Positions 1 through 11,786 of a stretch of 64,000 nucleotides of DNA are shown here, in pieces. The stretch lies in the NCBI GenBank assembly GCA_001661245.1, contig KV454014.1:450954-514953 (forward strand). The letters run 5' to 3'. Below the pieces are notes generated by a model, which did not search any database, was not told where the DNA came from, and saw only the letters and a program-made list of their open reading frames with translations. The position numbers and the translations under genes were made by a program. This stretch comes from Pachysolen tannophilus NRRL Y-2460 (lineage: Eukaryota). Positions within the stretch are counted from its first letter, which is position 1. Each line of letters starts with the position of its first letter.

Positions 1-1103
1 TTTTTTTTTTTTTTTTGCAAAGTCAACTGATTTCAGTAAATAGGATGGTGTTTTCTCTGCTACTGATGTTGAACAATCAAGGATATTTTAATTAATTCAA
101 ACTCCTTTAAAATACTATGATGATCTCTGTCATATTTAAGAACAAATTTCAAAAAGTAGCCTCAAAACAGTTAACACCGTTACAATTCCAACAGATCTTA
201 ACATAAGAAAAATTTAGTTGTAAATTCTGGAGAAAAGAGGAAGCAGCCATAATGACTGTACTGTAAACTTTGTTTAAACCAAACGGTTTAAACATCATCA
301 ACTCAAAATGTCAAAAAAAAAATTAAAAAAAAAAGTGAAAAAAAAAAAGAAGAGACCTAGACTAAGCCTTAATCCAAGTTCTTGAGTAAAAATCATTGAG
401 CCATGGATAGAAATGATACTACGAGTGGAATTCAAAATGAAACAGCGACCAGGAGGTACCAGCAGCATATTTGACTTACAAATTAAATTAATATTATGAA
501 CAAACTTTTTTTTTTATTTTTTTTTTTTTATTTATTTGAAACTATTTCTGCAAGAACTAAGTTAAGTTCCTGATAGTTCAGCTTAGTTTTCAAAGAAATT
601 TCACACATGCTAAAAACGTTGAATTTGAATTTCAATGAATATTTTAACAATCCTAAAAAAAATTGGTTTCCGCTCATTACGGTTGGCAATCGTTTGGGTT
701 GAAAATGTTGAATTTTAATTTTGCGCGCCGCCCATAATGGAGTTGGCCGCATTGCAGATGCATCCATAAGAAATCTAAGAATCCCGACTGAATAAAGTTG
801 AAAACTTGTGGTCGGGGGCGGGTGTTTCGGACCAACTACTAAGGGCATACACAGTTAATTTAGTGTTATCCACTAAAAAAACTATTATATTTTAGAACTG
901 AAACTGAGACTGATAGTGAGTGAGACAGCAGAAGGCAGGAGTAGCTAAACTCAAAAAAAAAAAAATTTTACATGCGCATATGGTTGCATAGAACAATCTC
1001 CAGCAATTGTTAACGTTTGATCAGATCAATCTTTTTTGGATTAAATGAAAAATTTTATTTTTAAATTTTACTGTCTGAAAAGATACATATAATTATACAA
1101 CGT

Positions 1104-4100
1104 TCAATAATAAGCCTCGGCACTTGTTTCAACACAGTTGTAAATGCTAATTTGACTGTTTTGATTATAACTTGTAGCCATCATCATTCTATGTGGATGT
1201 AAAGTCAAACTTGATAAATAATTAGAAGTTCTATTGGTTAAATAGCCAAATGGACTTTTTACTGTTGTTAACAAATCACCAGATGTAGAATAAATATTGA
1301 CATTCTTAGAACCTGCAGCAATAACTGGAGCATGTTCATGGATTTCCATGGCCATTAAATTCCTGGTATCACTGAAAGTTAGTAAAGGATGATCAAGTCT
1401 AATATCCCATAAATTTAAAGAGCCATCGGAATTACCAGAACATAACTCCCTAAATCCACCTCTCTGCAATTGAATTTTCTTAATAGGCGAATTAGTCCTA
1501 CTTTTAGAAGTATCCCTCCATAATTTGACCATTGAATCTCTTGAAGACAATCTTCTATCATAAACTCTGATAGAACCATCTACAAATCCACATGTGAAAA
1601 TATTTCCTGCAACTTGATCCGATGTTATTGAAGTTATCGCACTTGTTGAGCGTGCTGGGATATCAACAATACACATTTCTCTTGGAGCATCCCATAACCT
1701 AATAATCTTAACATCACCGGTGACTAACAAAGAACCTCTTGATTGCTGCCATTCTGAAATCAAACCGGATGATCTTGATGTTAATAACAAATCTGTTAAA
1801 CCTCTCCAAGCCGAGACCATTTTCAAATCTTTAATAGAATGGAAGTTTTTATATAACCTAATAGTACCATCTGAAGAGCCTGTTAACAACAAAGGTGAAT
1901 CATCTTCGTTTAAAAACTTCAAGTCCGTTATTTTGGTTCCAAAAGGATTACCATTTGAAAATCTACATAACTGTATATTTGCATTCCAATCAAAACAAGT
2001 AATGTTGTCCTTATCATCAGAACTTAACAAATAGTCTCCAAATTGAGTAAATTTTAATAATTTTGGTTGTGTTTTATTATCCAAAATTCCTGTATTATTG
2101 TTCCAATTACCGGTAACGGCCAAACCTTTCTGCTGTTGAGTTTCTGCAATGATCAATTCATTTCTATTCCTTCTCCATAACCTTTTGGCATAGTCTTCAC
2201 TTCCTGTTTCCTCAGATTCCTGGATTCCAATTTGAGGTTCTTGAAAATATTCACAACTATAATCGAAAAACCCGGAAACTAAAGGTAACTCAGGTTTACT
2301 TGAAGTATTTCTTGGTTTAAATCTTGGTGTAGTTGCTACCGGTTCCACGCCGTAACCTACTGACACAGGTTTATATGAAACTTTCAATATATTGTTTAAA
2401 CTTAATTGACTGTCATGACCTGTGATTTCGTTTTCATTATTCTCATCTATTAAATTTAAAGCCCTTAATAACTTTTCTATAGATAGAGTATTTCTCAACT
2501 TCTCAGTTATTGAATTATTACTAACCGTTGATGAAGTTGAAATCACTCTTTTCTTACCATTATGAATGCTGCTATCATCAATCGGTGTCGGAATAATAGT
2601 TGTTATATTACCATTAGTACTTCTCTTAATATTCAAAGACGAATGATGAAGATTAGCATCCTTTTGTTTTTTAAGATCTGTATACCCATGTCCAATCGAA
2701 TTATTCATATGATGAACAGAGTTATGATGACTGCTACCATTGTCATCGTAAATACCATTGGAATTATTTCCACTCATAACAGTGACATTTTTCTGAAGTA
2801 AATATATTTCCATCTCATTGACTATATCAGCCAATTTACTTCCATTTAAACTTATCAAAACATAATCCACAACTTGTTCAGCATAAGATCTAACTTCCAT
2901 ATGTGGATCTTCTGCTAAAATTAACAAAGCTTTCCAAACTGAGCTGAAAATAGTCCCATAAGATGGAGAATTTCTTCTAACTTCATCAATCAAATTAGGG
3001 TTATCTATCAAGACTATTTCCTCTTCAAGCTGTCCAAAAGCACTAACTAAAAAGAAAGAAATGTACTTTAAGACAAACTTACTGAAGAAACATATTATTT
3101 CTCTTCTTACTATTGGTGATCCATCACCAATCAACTTAAGTACCGCTATGGCTAATTTAATTTCCTGCTGTTGTAATTCTTCTCTTCCTAATCCATTTGT
3201 ATTATTTTCTTCTTCATCACTATCAGGTAAGAAATTTGTTAATGCTAATATTAAGGATGTTCTAACTTCCGGAATGGGGTCATTTAGCAAACTAGCACAT
3301 TTTTCTAAATATCCATCTTTATAAGCAACCCATTTACCTTCTAAATATTGGTCCCATAACTGAGATATCAGCAATGCACACCATTGTCTTAAAAGAGGAT
3401 TTTCGCTTGACAAATTTTTCACCACAGTTAAATTATTTTGAGTTGAAAAAATTAATTTTTTGTTAGTTGAATTATTTCTAACAAATAACGATATAATAAA
3501 ACAACACATTGCTTTATGGGGTTCTCCTAAAGCCTGTGGAAAGTTTGGTGCTAAATTATTTGTTGAAGTTGGCATTGGCATGTTTAAAATTTGCAAGAAA
3601 TAATTATAACCTTTGTCTTTCAGTAATTCTTGTTGTGTATTTTTATAATCTACTCCTAAAATTCTGGCCCAAATAAACGTTAATACCGGTTTCAATTCTT
3701 GAGCAGGACTCTGTAATAATTTTAAGACATATGGGAATATACCTATTGATAATGCCAAATAAGCTGCCCAGGGTCCCAAGTCTAAAAACCGTGATAATAA
3801 AGTTAAAGCTCTAATACGATGTACTTGAGATAATAAAACTTGTAAAACAATAGGTAGCTGTTGTGGAGGCTCTTTCTTTTGAGATCCATAATTTAACCAT
3901 ATTTCAAATGCAGTTAAATGTTGTTCAAAAAAAGTTGAGTGTTGAAAATTCATTATAAATGGATCTGTAGGAACTGATGAAGGATTATTAGCACTTCCAT
4001 TTCTATTTTGTTCTGCTAATTGTTGTTGTTGTTGCTGTTGCTGTTGAAATTGTAACTGTTGTAAAGAAGTCGCAGGATTACCTGTTTGTTCTCTATTTTT

Positions 4101-5585
4101 CAATAATTGAGATAAAATTTGATCAATTGCCAAATCAAAAGATTCCCACATTGGATGTTCATTTATTTCTGGTAATGGAGGGTCAGATATAGGATTACAA
4201 CCAGCTAAAGGCATAATTCTTTTTGCCAATAAGAAATTCCTGAATAATGCAGCAACCATTAAATCTTGTCTAAATAATCTCTTAAAAAGAGGTCTTGATA
4301 AAGATGTCCATGCTATAGTATCGGTTATTGCAGTAAAGATCCAATTCAATTCACCCAAAGGAGTTCTTCTATCTGTTAATTTTCCTGGTATAACAACTTG
4401 CCCATTTTCATTATATAAAGAATTATAATATCCATGTTTTTTCAAAGGGGAATTCATTATGAACCATTTGACACTAATTTCAATTGGAGATGTTAAACAA
4501 CAAGTGAACAAGTCTGCTGGTAATTCTGGATTCATTGGTAATATTTCATTTGACCTACAAGCAGCTAATTGAATAGAATCAATATATGCAGAGGTTGGTG
4601 AAGGAGCAGAAATATCATGATTTTCATTATTATCATCATCAATTCTTTTTTGAACAAATTTTTTAAAATTTGTAATTATATTTCCAGCAGAATTACAATC
4701 ATATACGTACATACATGGGGCACCCAACCAGGTTTGTAAATCATATAAAGATATTGGGATGTATTGAGTATATCCTCTATTAAATACCCATATTTCACCA
4801 CTTTGAGTTGGTTGAGGGACCCCATGTCCATTATAATAAAATAAGATTCTTTCATCTTTTGAAGATCTTCTCAATTGGTTTAAAAATCTTTTCATATCTT
4901 CAACCGAAGGATCTAAACATTGTTTATATTTAGTTCTCATTGACATATTTTCTAAATTTTTTTGAATATTATCACCTATTGCTTGAAGACATTTTTTATT
5001 ATCACTAAAAGTATTTGGATTTATTCCACCTTCAGTTATAGCACAAGGATGTGTCTTAACAACATCTGGAGGATCAACACCCAAGTTCAAGCACAACACC
5101 ACAGCAGCGCTCACTGTTTTTTGTCTATCTTTCATTATTTTCCAATCCAAAATAGGTTGATAATTCTTCCAATTTTTCAGTTTTTCTTCTGGAGTTATTG
5201 GATTTCCCGATGTATTATGTCTCTTATCATCATAGTAAATGAAAAAATTATTAGCCAATAACGACATATAATGCTGTGAGGAATATTCATCTTCAAACCC
5301 ATGTCTCATTTCCATATTCAACGGCTTTAAAAGATGAGATGCAGACCCAGAAGTACCAGAAGCACCAGAAACACCAACAGCGCTAGCAGCGCTAGCAGTA
5401 CCAACACCAACACCACCAGAACTAGTACCTACACCGGTACCAGCACCAGCACCCTCATTACTACGTGTCTCCACATTATTCTCTCTCGCTATCTTACTAG
5501 CACCATCTCTAACTTCAAAAGGAGCACCTTCAACTCCCAATGGCGATACCGTTGAATCATCTTGTCGATTTATGGTACTTATCAT
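1104..5585 (-). CDS. KOG1: TORC1 subunit Kog1/Raptor
   Basis: RNC domain (LCLNLGVDPPD, YNGHGVP, LGELNWIFTAITDTIAW), HEAT region and C-terminal WD40 repeats. First ATG at 5585 (the ORF track starts at an upstream TTG); 1493 aa. Confidence 0.97.
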   Translation of the reverse strand: MISTINRQDDSTVSPLGVEGAPFEVRDGASKIARENNVETRSNEGAGAGTGVGTSSGGVGVGTASAASAVGVSGASGTSGSASHLLKPLNMEMRHGFEDEYSSQHYMSLLANNFFIYYDDKRHNTSGNPITPEEKLKNWKNYQPILDWKIMKDRQKTVSAAVVLCLNLGVDPPDVVKTHPCAITEGGINPNTFSDNKKCLQAIGDNIQKNLENMSMRTKYKQCLDPSVEDMKRFLNQLRRSSKDERILFYYNGHGVPQPTQSGEIWVFNRGYTQYIPISLYDLQTWLGAPCMYVYDCNSAGNIITNFKKFVQKRIDDDNNENHDISAPSPTSAYIDSIQLAACRSNEILPMNPELPADLFTCCLTSPIEISVKWFIMNSPLKKHGYYNSLYNENGQVVIPGKLTDRRTPLGELNWIFTAITDTIAWTSLSRPLFKRLFRQDLMVAALFRNFLLAKRIMPLAGCNPISDPPLPEINEHPMWESFDLAIDQILSQLLKNREQTGNPATSLQQLQFQQQQQQQQQLAEQNRNGSANNPSSVPTDPFIMNFQHSTFFEQHLTAFEIWLNYGSQKKEPPQQLPIVLQVLLSQVHRIRALTLLSRFLDLGPWAAYLALSIGIFPYVLKLLQSPAQELKPVLTFIWARILGVDYKNTQQELLKDKGYNYFLQILNMPMPTSTNNLAPNFPQALGEPHKAMCCFIISLFVRNNSTNKKLIFSTQNNLTVVKNLSSENPLLRQWCALLISQLWDQYLEGKWVAYKDGYLEKCASLLNDPIPEVRTSLILALTNFLPDSDEEENNTNGLGREELQQQEIKLAIAVLKLIGDGSPIVRREIICFFSKFVLKYISFFLVSAFGQLEEEIVLIDNPNLIDEVRRNSPSYGTIFSSVWKALLILAEDPHMEVRSYAEQVVDYVLISLNGSKLADIVNEMEIYLLQKNVTVMSGNNSNGIYDDNGSSHHNSVHHMNNSIGHGYTDLKKQKDANLHHSSLNIKRSTNGNITTIIPTPIDDSSIHNGKKRVISTSSTVSNNSITEKLRNTLSIEKLLRALNLIDENNENEITGHDSQLSLNNILKVSYKPVSVGYGVEPVATTPRFKPRNTSSKPELPLVSGFFDYSCEYFQEPQIGIQESEETGSEDYAKRLWRRNRNELIIAETQQQKGLAVTGNWNNNTGILDNKTQPKLLKFTQFGDYLLSSDDKDNITCFDWNANIQLCRFSNGNPFGTKITDLKFLNEDDSPLLLTGSSDGTIRLYKNFHSIKDLKMVSAWRGLTDLLLTSRSSGLISEWQQSRGSLLVTGDVKIIRLWDAPREMCIVDIPARSTSAITSITSDQVAGNIFTCGFVDGSIRVYDRRLSSRDSMVKLWRDTSKSRTNSPIKKIQLQRGGFRELCSGNSDGSLNLWDIRLDHPLLTFSDTRNLMAMEIHEHAPVIAAGSKNVNIYSTSGDLLTTVKSPFGYLTNRTSNYLSSLTLHPHRMMMATSYNQNSQISIYNCVETSAEAYY

Positions 5586-6241
5586 CTTCAAATTAAAAAA
5601 CAAAAAAAAAAAACAGAATGAATTTGAAAACCAATCAATAAATAAAACCCCTCTAAAACATAAGATCTAAAGTCACAAATCTATCCGCCCTTGACTCAAC
5701 CAACTAATCAATGACCTCTAACCAACTCTCCAACTACTACTTTTATATTAAATTAAATTAAACAAACCAATATCAACAAGCTTTGTTATCATATTAATTT
5801 TTGTTCTGACATTCATCTCAAAACCTTTTAATTTTTGATGATGTTCAACACGACCATAAAAATTCAATGGTTTTTGTACAGAATGGCCAAATTATTAGCT
5901 AAAATTCAGTTATTTGAATTGTTGAATTGGTTATAATTTGGAATTTAGTAGAGAGAGGAATTTTGCGTGAAGTTAGAGTTTGTTTATTGATTGTATTGAG
6001 AGTTATTTGTAGTGGGAGCTTGAAAGGTTTGAAAGTTTGAAAGTTTGAATACTAGGATAGAAATTTTTTTGGACAACGAAGATAAGATTAGTGAATTTAA
6101 GCAAGAAGAATAACGAAAATTTTTTTTGTGATAGAGTTGAATTTCAATTTAAGATTTTGTGTGAGGTGTGAGTAAGTGAGTAAGTGAGTAAGTGACTGAC
6201 AGAGTGAGTGAGTGAGTGAGTAAGTTTTCAAAATTTTTGTG

Positions 6242-7561
6242 ATGTCGCTCTCTTCAGAAATAGCAGGTGCTTTAGAAGAATCCGAAAGAGAAGAAGATCT
6301 CTTGCTTACAGTGGTACCTCCGACGATCGGTTCGTCTTCAGCTTTGTCTTCATCTTCATATTCATATTCGGGTCTTGTTGTAGATGGGAATTATCCACAG
6401 CCACCGTCTACACCGTCAACACTGCAAGTCCATTTGGAAAATATAACATTGCCTCAAAGAATGCTCAGCGCTTGTGCTGGATCATTAATAACCTCCTTGG
6501 TGGTAACTCCATTTGATGTGGTACGGATTAGATTACAACAACAGCAGTTATTTTTACCTGAGGCATTAAACAAAGGGGAAGAATGTTGTACAAAAGTATT
6601 TTGGATGCAAAGTGATCTCAACAATTCTCTTGGTAACCTGGGAAAAAATTTTACAACTACACAAAATGGTAATATTGTAGCTAAAAATCCAACTGCAAAT
6701 ATAATAAATCAATATTGTATTTCAAATACTTGTGCAGAAGATTCCAAGATAAAAGGTACTTACCAAGGTTTAATTAAGATATATCAAAACGAAGGACTTT
6801 TCACTTTATATAGAGGTCTTAGTTTAACTTTGTTAATGGCAATTCCATCAAATGTGGTTTATTTTTCTGGTTATGAATATTTTAGAGATAATTCTCCTTT
6901 GAAAAATTATCAAATTCTTAACCCATTACTTTGTGGTGCATTTGCTAGAATCTTAGCAGCAACAGCTGTTTCACCTTTTGAATTATTGAAAACAAGATTA
7001 CAAGCGGTACCCACAACATCTTCTTTGAAATCTAATGAAATAATGAAACGAATATTATCAAATACTTATCATGATATTAAACAAAGTGGAATAAAAACTT
7101 TATTTACCGGATTACAAATAACTTTATGGAGAGATGTCCCATTTAGTGCTATATATTGGTCTTCATATGAATTTTGCTCCAAAACTTTGAAAAAAAATTT
7201 TAAAATATTAAAACCAGATAATCAAAATATTAATCGTGGTGATTATATAGATCCAAAAGTCTTTTTCACCAGTTTTTTAAGTGGATCATTATCTGGTATT
7301 TTAGCTGCATTATTTACTAACCCTTTTGATGTTGGTAAAACAAGATTACAGGTATCCCCTGTAGATAATGATAAAAAATTGGAGACAAAATCAAAAAAGA
7401 AATCAATGTTTAAATTTTTATACAACATTGTTAAAACTGAAGGATTTAGTTCTTTATATGTTGGTATTGTACCTAGATGTTTAAAAATAGCACCATCATG
7501 TGCTATTATGATCAGCACTTATGAAGTAAGTAAAAGGTTTTTTGGGTTGAAAAGAGAGTAG
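6242..7561 (+). CDS. MTM1: Mitochondrial carrier, Mtm1/SLC25A39-40 family
   Basis: Three Px[DE]xx[KR] motifs (TPFDVVRIRLQ, SPFELLKTRLQ, NPFDVGKTRLQ), Cys-containing loop insert, LWRDVPFSAIYW and IAPSCAIMISTYE. Confidence 0.93.
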   Translation: MSLSSEIAGALEESEREEDLLLTVVPPTIGSSSALSSSSYSYSGLVVDGNYPQPPSTPSTLQVHLENITLPQRMLSACAGSLITSLVVTPFDVVRIRLQQQQLFLPEALNKGEECCTKVFWMQSDLNNSLGNLGKNFTTTQNGNIVAKNPTANIINQYCISNTCAEDSKIKGTYQGLIKIYQNEGLFTLYRGLSLTLLMAIPSNVVYFSGYEYFRDNSPLKNYQILNPLLCGAFARILAATAVSPFELLKTRLQAVPTTSSLKSNEIMKRILSNTYHDIKQSGIKTLFTGLQITLWRDVPFSAIYWSSYEFCSKTLKKNFKILKPDNQNINRGDYIDPKVFFTSFLSGSLSGILAALFTNPFDVGKTRLQVSPVDNDKKLETKSKKKSMFKFLYNIVKTEGFSSLYVGIVPRCLKIAPSCAIMISTYEVSKRFFGLKRE

Positions 7562-8017
7562 TAAGTTTATTTTGCATTATATGACAAAGAAAAATAGAAT
7601 TTATAGTAGATTCTTTTTCAAATCAATTTATTATCTTCATTTTTGTTTTTGCTTTTTTTGCATTTTGCTTTCTTTGATTTCATGTATATATATTTTTTAC
7701 CTAGTCATTATTTAGGAATAATAAAAGTAGCTTTTCTTATTGTTATTTCTAAAAAATTGAATAGCTATAAAGTCTACAGACATTTAATATAGCATTCATT
7801 CATTTTAATCCTACTTGTAAAAAGAATTATCTTAAATGAAAGTTGAAGAACAAGTTGATACACAAAATCGAAAAAGAAGAAAAAAAAAAGAAACAGAAAA
7901 CTCAATATCTAACACAAAAGCATAAAAAGAATAAAGTTGGTTTAAAAAGCATTTTCCAATTTCAACTGCAAACATCATTTTTTAAAAGTTTCATTTTTTC
8001 TATAGTATATTGTAATA

Positions 8018-9652
8018 TTATCTCCACTGATCATGAGTACTCATATTACTTGGTATTCTTAGACGTAATCCACCGGGAGTATTGTAGCCATTGCTTGGAG
8101 TAACCTGGGAAGAAGATGTACCTCTTTTCTCTCCTGAATTGGAATTGTTATTGGAATCAGCATTACCAGTCCAAGAGCTGTTTCCCAATTTATTGTTAAT
8201 ACTTAATAATCCATAATCAATCTTTCTCTTAAGATTAGTAATATCTCCCAAACTACCACCAGCATTATTACTATTATTATTATTATTATTATTATTACTA
8301 TTAGTATTATCTTGATTATTATTGTTTTCTGATTGATTAGGACCATTATTGTTATTGCTGTTCATATTTATACCATTGCGATAATGATGATGTTGATGAT
8401 CTGTTTTACTATTTGTAATGTTATGAACACAAGGAGCTAATCCTTTTGTTTGAGAAGAAGACTTATTTGGGAGATGGAAACAATCAGGACAAGGTTGTTG
8501 ATCTTCTGATTTTACCATGATATTGTGATTTTCACCATTGGAATCTGAATTCTTATTATTATTATTATTATTAGCACCACCATTGTTTCCAGTTGCAAAA
8601 TTTTCTTCATTCAGAGAAATAGGTCTTTTCTGGGTAATTTGATTTTTCAACATATTGAGGTAAGAATCATGAACACTTTGTTGTTGTTGTTGTTGCTGTT
8701 GATGTTGTTGATGTTGTTGACCAGAGTTTTGCTGAAGTTGACTATTTGGATTCATTGGTACTGGGGTACCGCTTCCACTAGTGATCCCAGTACTAATTGG
8801 TTGATTATACCTGCTCATTATAATTGGACTGTTTGTTGAAGAATCAATTGACTGTAATTGAGAAAATCTATTTGGTGAACCTGAATTACTTGAAGGGAAA
8901 ATACCTGTATTCGCTGAATAAATATATTTTTTAGGTGTTTCTATTAATCCACTTGTAGTACTTGCTAAACTGTTGAAAAACCGGTCAATACTACTTTTAA
9001 ATTTAGAACAACTTAAAGACATTGCAATAGTATAATCAACCAAGCTACTTTTAAGAGAACTGTTTATTGCTCTTATATATTGTTCTTCAACAACTTCAAC
9101 TGAAATTTCCAATTCTTCTAAATTCTCCTTTGTTAAAGTAACTACTGGAATATCTCCAACTTTACTTTCTTGATCTCTTAATGTTCTATACAACTTATTT
9201 CTTTTATTTTTCAAATCATGTGCTTTACTTTCTCTTTTTTGAACACTAACTAATTGTAATTTTATATTTTCTTGTTTATGAATTAATTCTTCTCCAGAAT
9301 CTGCTTGAATTTCCAAGAAATTACTAAATTCATTTAATAATTTTTTACTATCATCATTTGGTATAATAGTTAACCATGAGTTTAAATCTCTAATTAATTC
9401 TTGTTGTTGTCTAATAACTTTTTTCTCTGCTTTAATTAATTTTGTTATTCTATCATGAACTGTACGAGAATTTGCTTGTGCAGGTGTACCACCCATCAAC
9501 TCCAAGACTTTCCCCAAAGTTGAAGTTGTTAAAGGAGAAGACTGAGCATAAGTGTTAATTAATCGTCCAGCAACAGAAGAAGTCTCAGCTGTTCCTGTAT
9601 CTGGTGGCCCACTCCTGGAAACAAGAGAATTCGGTGAAAATATGCTTGACAT
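8018..9652 (-). CDS. Divergent Pil1/Meu14-type BAR/coiled-coil protein with N/Q-rich tail; probable Ssp1-like prospore leading-edge protein
   Basis: First ATG at 9652 (MSSIFSPN). The helical region LIKAEKKV...LVSVQKRE...RNKL...EELEISVEVVEEQY...LKSSL resembles the Pil1-type BAR pattern. It lies next to KOG1/MTM1, and SSP1 neighbours KOG1 in S. cerevisiae. Confidence 0.55.
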   Translation of the reverse strand: MSSIFSPNSLVSRSGPPDTGTAETSSVAGRLINTYAQSSPLTTSTLGKVLELMGGTPAQANSRTVHDRITKLIKAEKKVIRQQQELIRDLNSWLTIIPNDDSKKLLNEFSNFLEIQADSGEELIHKQENIKLQLVSVQKRESKAHDLKNKRNKLYRTLRDQESKVGDIPVVTLTKENLEELEISVEVVEEQYIRAINSSLKSSLVDYTIAMSLSCSKFKSSIDRFFNSLASTTSGLIETPKKYIYSANTGIFPSSNSGSPNRFSQLQSIDSSTNSPIIMSRYNQPISTGITSGSGTPVPMNPNSQLQQNSGQQHQQHQQQQQQQQSVHDSYLNMLKNQITQKRPISLNEENFATGNNGGANNNNNNKNSDSNGENHNIMVKSEDQQPCPDCFHLPNKSSSQTKGLAPCVHNITNSKTDHQHHHYRNGINMNSNNNNGPNQSENNNNQDNTNSNNNNNNNNSNNAGGSLGDITNLKRKIDYGLLSINNKLGNSSWTGNADSNNNSNSGEKRGTSSSQVTPSNGYNTPGGLRLRIPSNMSTHDQWR

Positions 9653-10212
9653 TGTTTTTTTGGTTTTTGGTAAAATATTTATAATGAAAAAAGAAAAAAA
9701 AACTAATAAGAAAAACCCAGATAAACTAAAACTTGAAAAGCAATATTTCTCAAAAAAACTTAAAATAAGAGAAACAACTTCTTTTTCCTTCAATTATGAT
9801 AAAATATCTAGCTGGTTTATTTGAACTTCACAATCGTGAAATAGACCTTGAACAAGATGAATACTTGAACTTCTCGGAAACAAGATTTGTTTTGAAATCG
9901 TGCGGCTGAAAGAACAGAATTGTACATATTAGTAACCACAAATAGGACATAAATACGTTTATACATAAACATACATACGTACATAAATATATATATATTT
10001 TTATATATATATTTATGGAGAAATATTTTTTACCTGGTTTACAAAATGCACCACTAACACTAACAGATAGACGGATTGTATAGAACTCTTTAGCTTTAAC
10101 TTAATTACGCTATTTATCTTTTAAAAAAAAATTTTATTAATATGTAATTTGCATGCATGAAAAATTTTTAAAAAAAAACTTTTCCTTTAAGTTAAAATTA
10201 ATAATTACATTA

Positions 10213-10986
10213 TTATTTCCCCTTCTTTGTTACTTCCTGATCTATATTTAAACCAGTTACATCTGCAATGAGCTTTCTTGTATCTTTTATTGTTGAATCA
10301 ATTTTTCTTTTACCTTCACCAGCAGTTTTTTCAACATCGTTAACTAAACTATCAACTTTTTCAGCAGCCAATTTTTGTCTTGAAGCAAATTCTGGTAAAT
10401 TTTTTTGTTCCAATTTCCAAACAAGTTTTTTAGAGTTTTCAAAAGTTTGAGGTAAGAAAATTGCAAATGAAAATAATCCAAAAACCAATGGGGATAAAGC
10501 TCTAATTAAGATATTTCTACGTCTAGCAACAATTGTTCCAGCCAAGGTACCGACAACAATATATATCGAGTTAGGAAATAAATCTTCTCTTCTATCATGT
10601 AATGAGGATATTGTTGAAGTAACCTCTCTTTCCTTTGTATAATATTTATCAGTTAATTCATTAAATTTATTTTCAACATTTTGATAATAATTTAAACTTT
10701 CTTGTCTAACAGATTTGAAAAAATTCTCCAATACCGATGGCGAGCGTACAGATACACCGCTAACTAGTTTATTTGGACCCAAGACTTCTAATTCAGATGC
10801 AGAAGCAGGAATAACAGTACCAGGAATAGGTGTAATTTGATCATCATCTTCATAAAAATCACGTCTTGTTGATTCATTCAATATAATGGAATTTGCATTA
10901 TTGTTCAATTGATTTAAACATAATAAAGTCGAAGAAGCTCCAACTAAAAAAGTACCAGCCTTAACCGAGCGATAAAATACCAGCAT
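10213..10986 (-). CDS. MIC26: MICOS subunit Mic26 (apolipoprotein O family)
   Basis: GPNKLVSGVSVR, YYTKEREVTSTISSLH, GTIVARRRNILIRA and PQTFEN match Mic26 as recalled. First ATG at 10986. Confidence 0.88.
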   Translation of the reverse strand: MLVFYRSVKAGTFLVGASSTLLCLNQLNNNANSIILNESTRRDFYEDDDQITPIPGTVIPASASELEVLGPNKLVSGVSVRSPSVLENFFKSVRQESLNYYQNVENKFNELTDKYYTKEREVTSTISSLHDRREDLFPNSIYIVVGTLAGTIVARRRNILIRALSPLVFGLFSFAIFLPQTFENSKKLVWKLEQKNLPEFASRQKLAAEKVDSLVNDVEKTAGEGKRKIDSTIKDTRKLIADVTGLNIDQEVTKKGK

Positions 10987-11786
10987 CTCCCTACTTTTTC
11001 TTTTTCTTTCTACCTTAGCATACAAACAAATTAAGTTTAATTGATTTAATATATATATATATATTTGTTGAAATTTTCTATTTTTTTTTGCTGTTTTTTT
11101 TTTTAAACTAATTTTAAATGGTTAATAAAATTTCCGTATATCAACACACGACCTGTTTTGATCAACACTTTTCAATTTACCATATAATTAATCAATTTAT
11201 TTATTAATTTTACTAGATAGCTAGATAGATAATAACTCAAGTGACTTTTTTACTTCCTTTTTCTTTCTATTAGGATCTTCACTTTAATTTATGTAGATTT
11301 AGATTTAAATTTTAAAAATATTTCAAAAATGACATTAAATTACAAAAATAAATTCCTTTGAATAAAAAAAGTAAAATCATCAAAAAAAGATTTTTTGAAG
11401 AAACAAACTAATATAATGAAAGCAATTATTATTTTTCAAAAGAGAAGATTTTAAAAAAAAACAGAAAATGCTATTTGTAACTATTTCAATGTATATTTTC
11501 TTTCCTTCTTTCTTTTCTTAAAAGTTTTCTGATGTTTTTATTTTTTTTTTTTTCATACTTTTTGGGTTTATATAAACTTCTTCATCTTATACCTTCTTCA
11601 TCTTTACTCCCTTCAACTGTACTTAATTTAAATGAATAATCAATCCTTTGTAAACTTTTTTTAATTTTTTCATTTTTTTTTGAGAACCAATCCTTTCTAC
11701 CATGAGAATTAACAAATTTTTTTTTTTAAAAAAGCAATCCAAAAATTTTGAATAGATATATATTCAAATTAATTTTTTTTTTCAAA

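Noticed and set aside
528..848. 106-aa minus-strand ORF
   Set aside because: No recognisable motif; it overlaps a promoter-like GC block and is probably spurious.
6166..6224. (GTGAGTAA)n/(GTGA)n array resembling repeated splice donors before MTM1
   Set aside because: No branch point or acceptor follows before the ATG; treated as a microsatellite.
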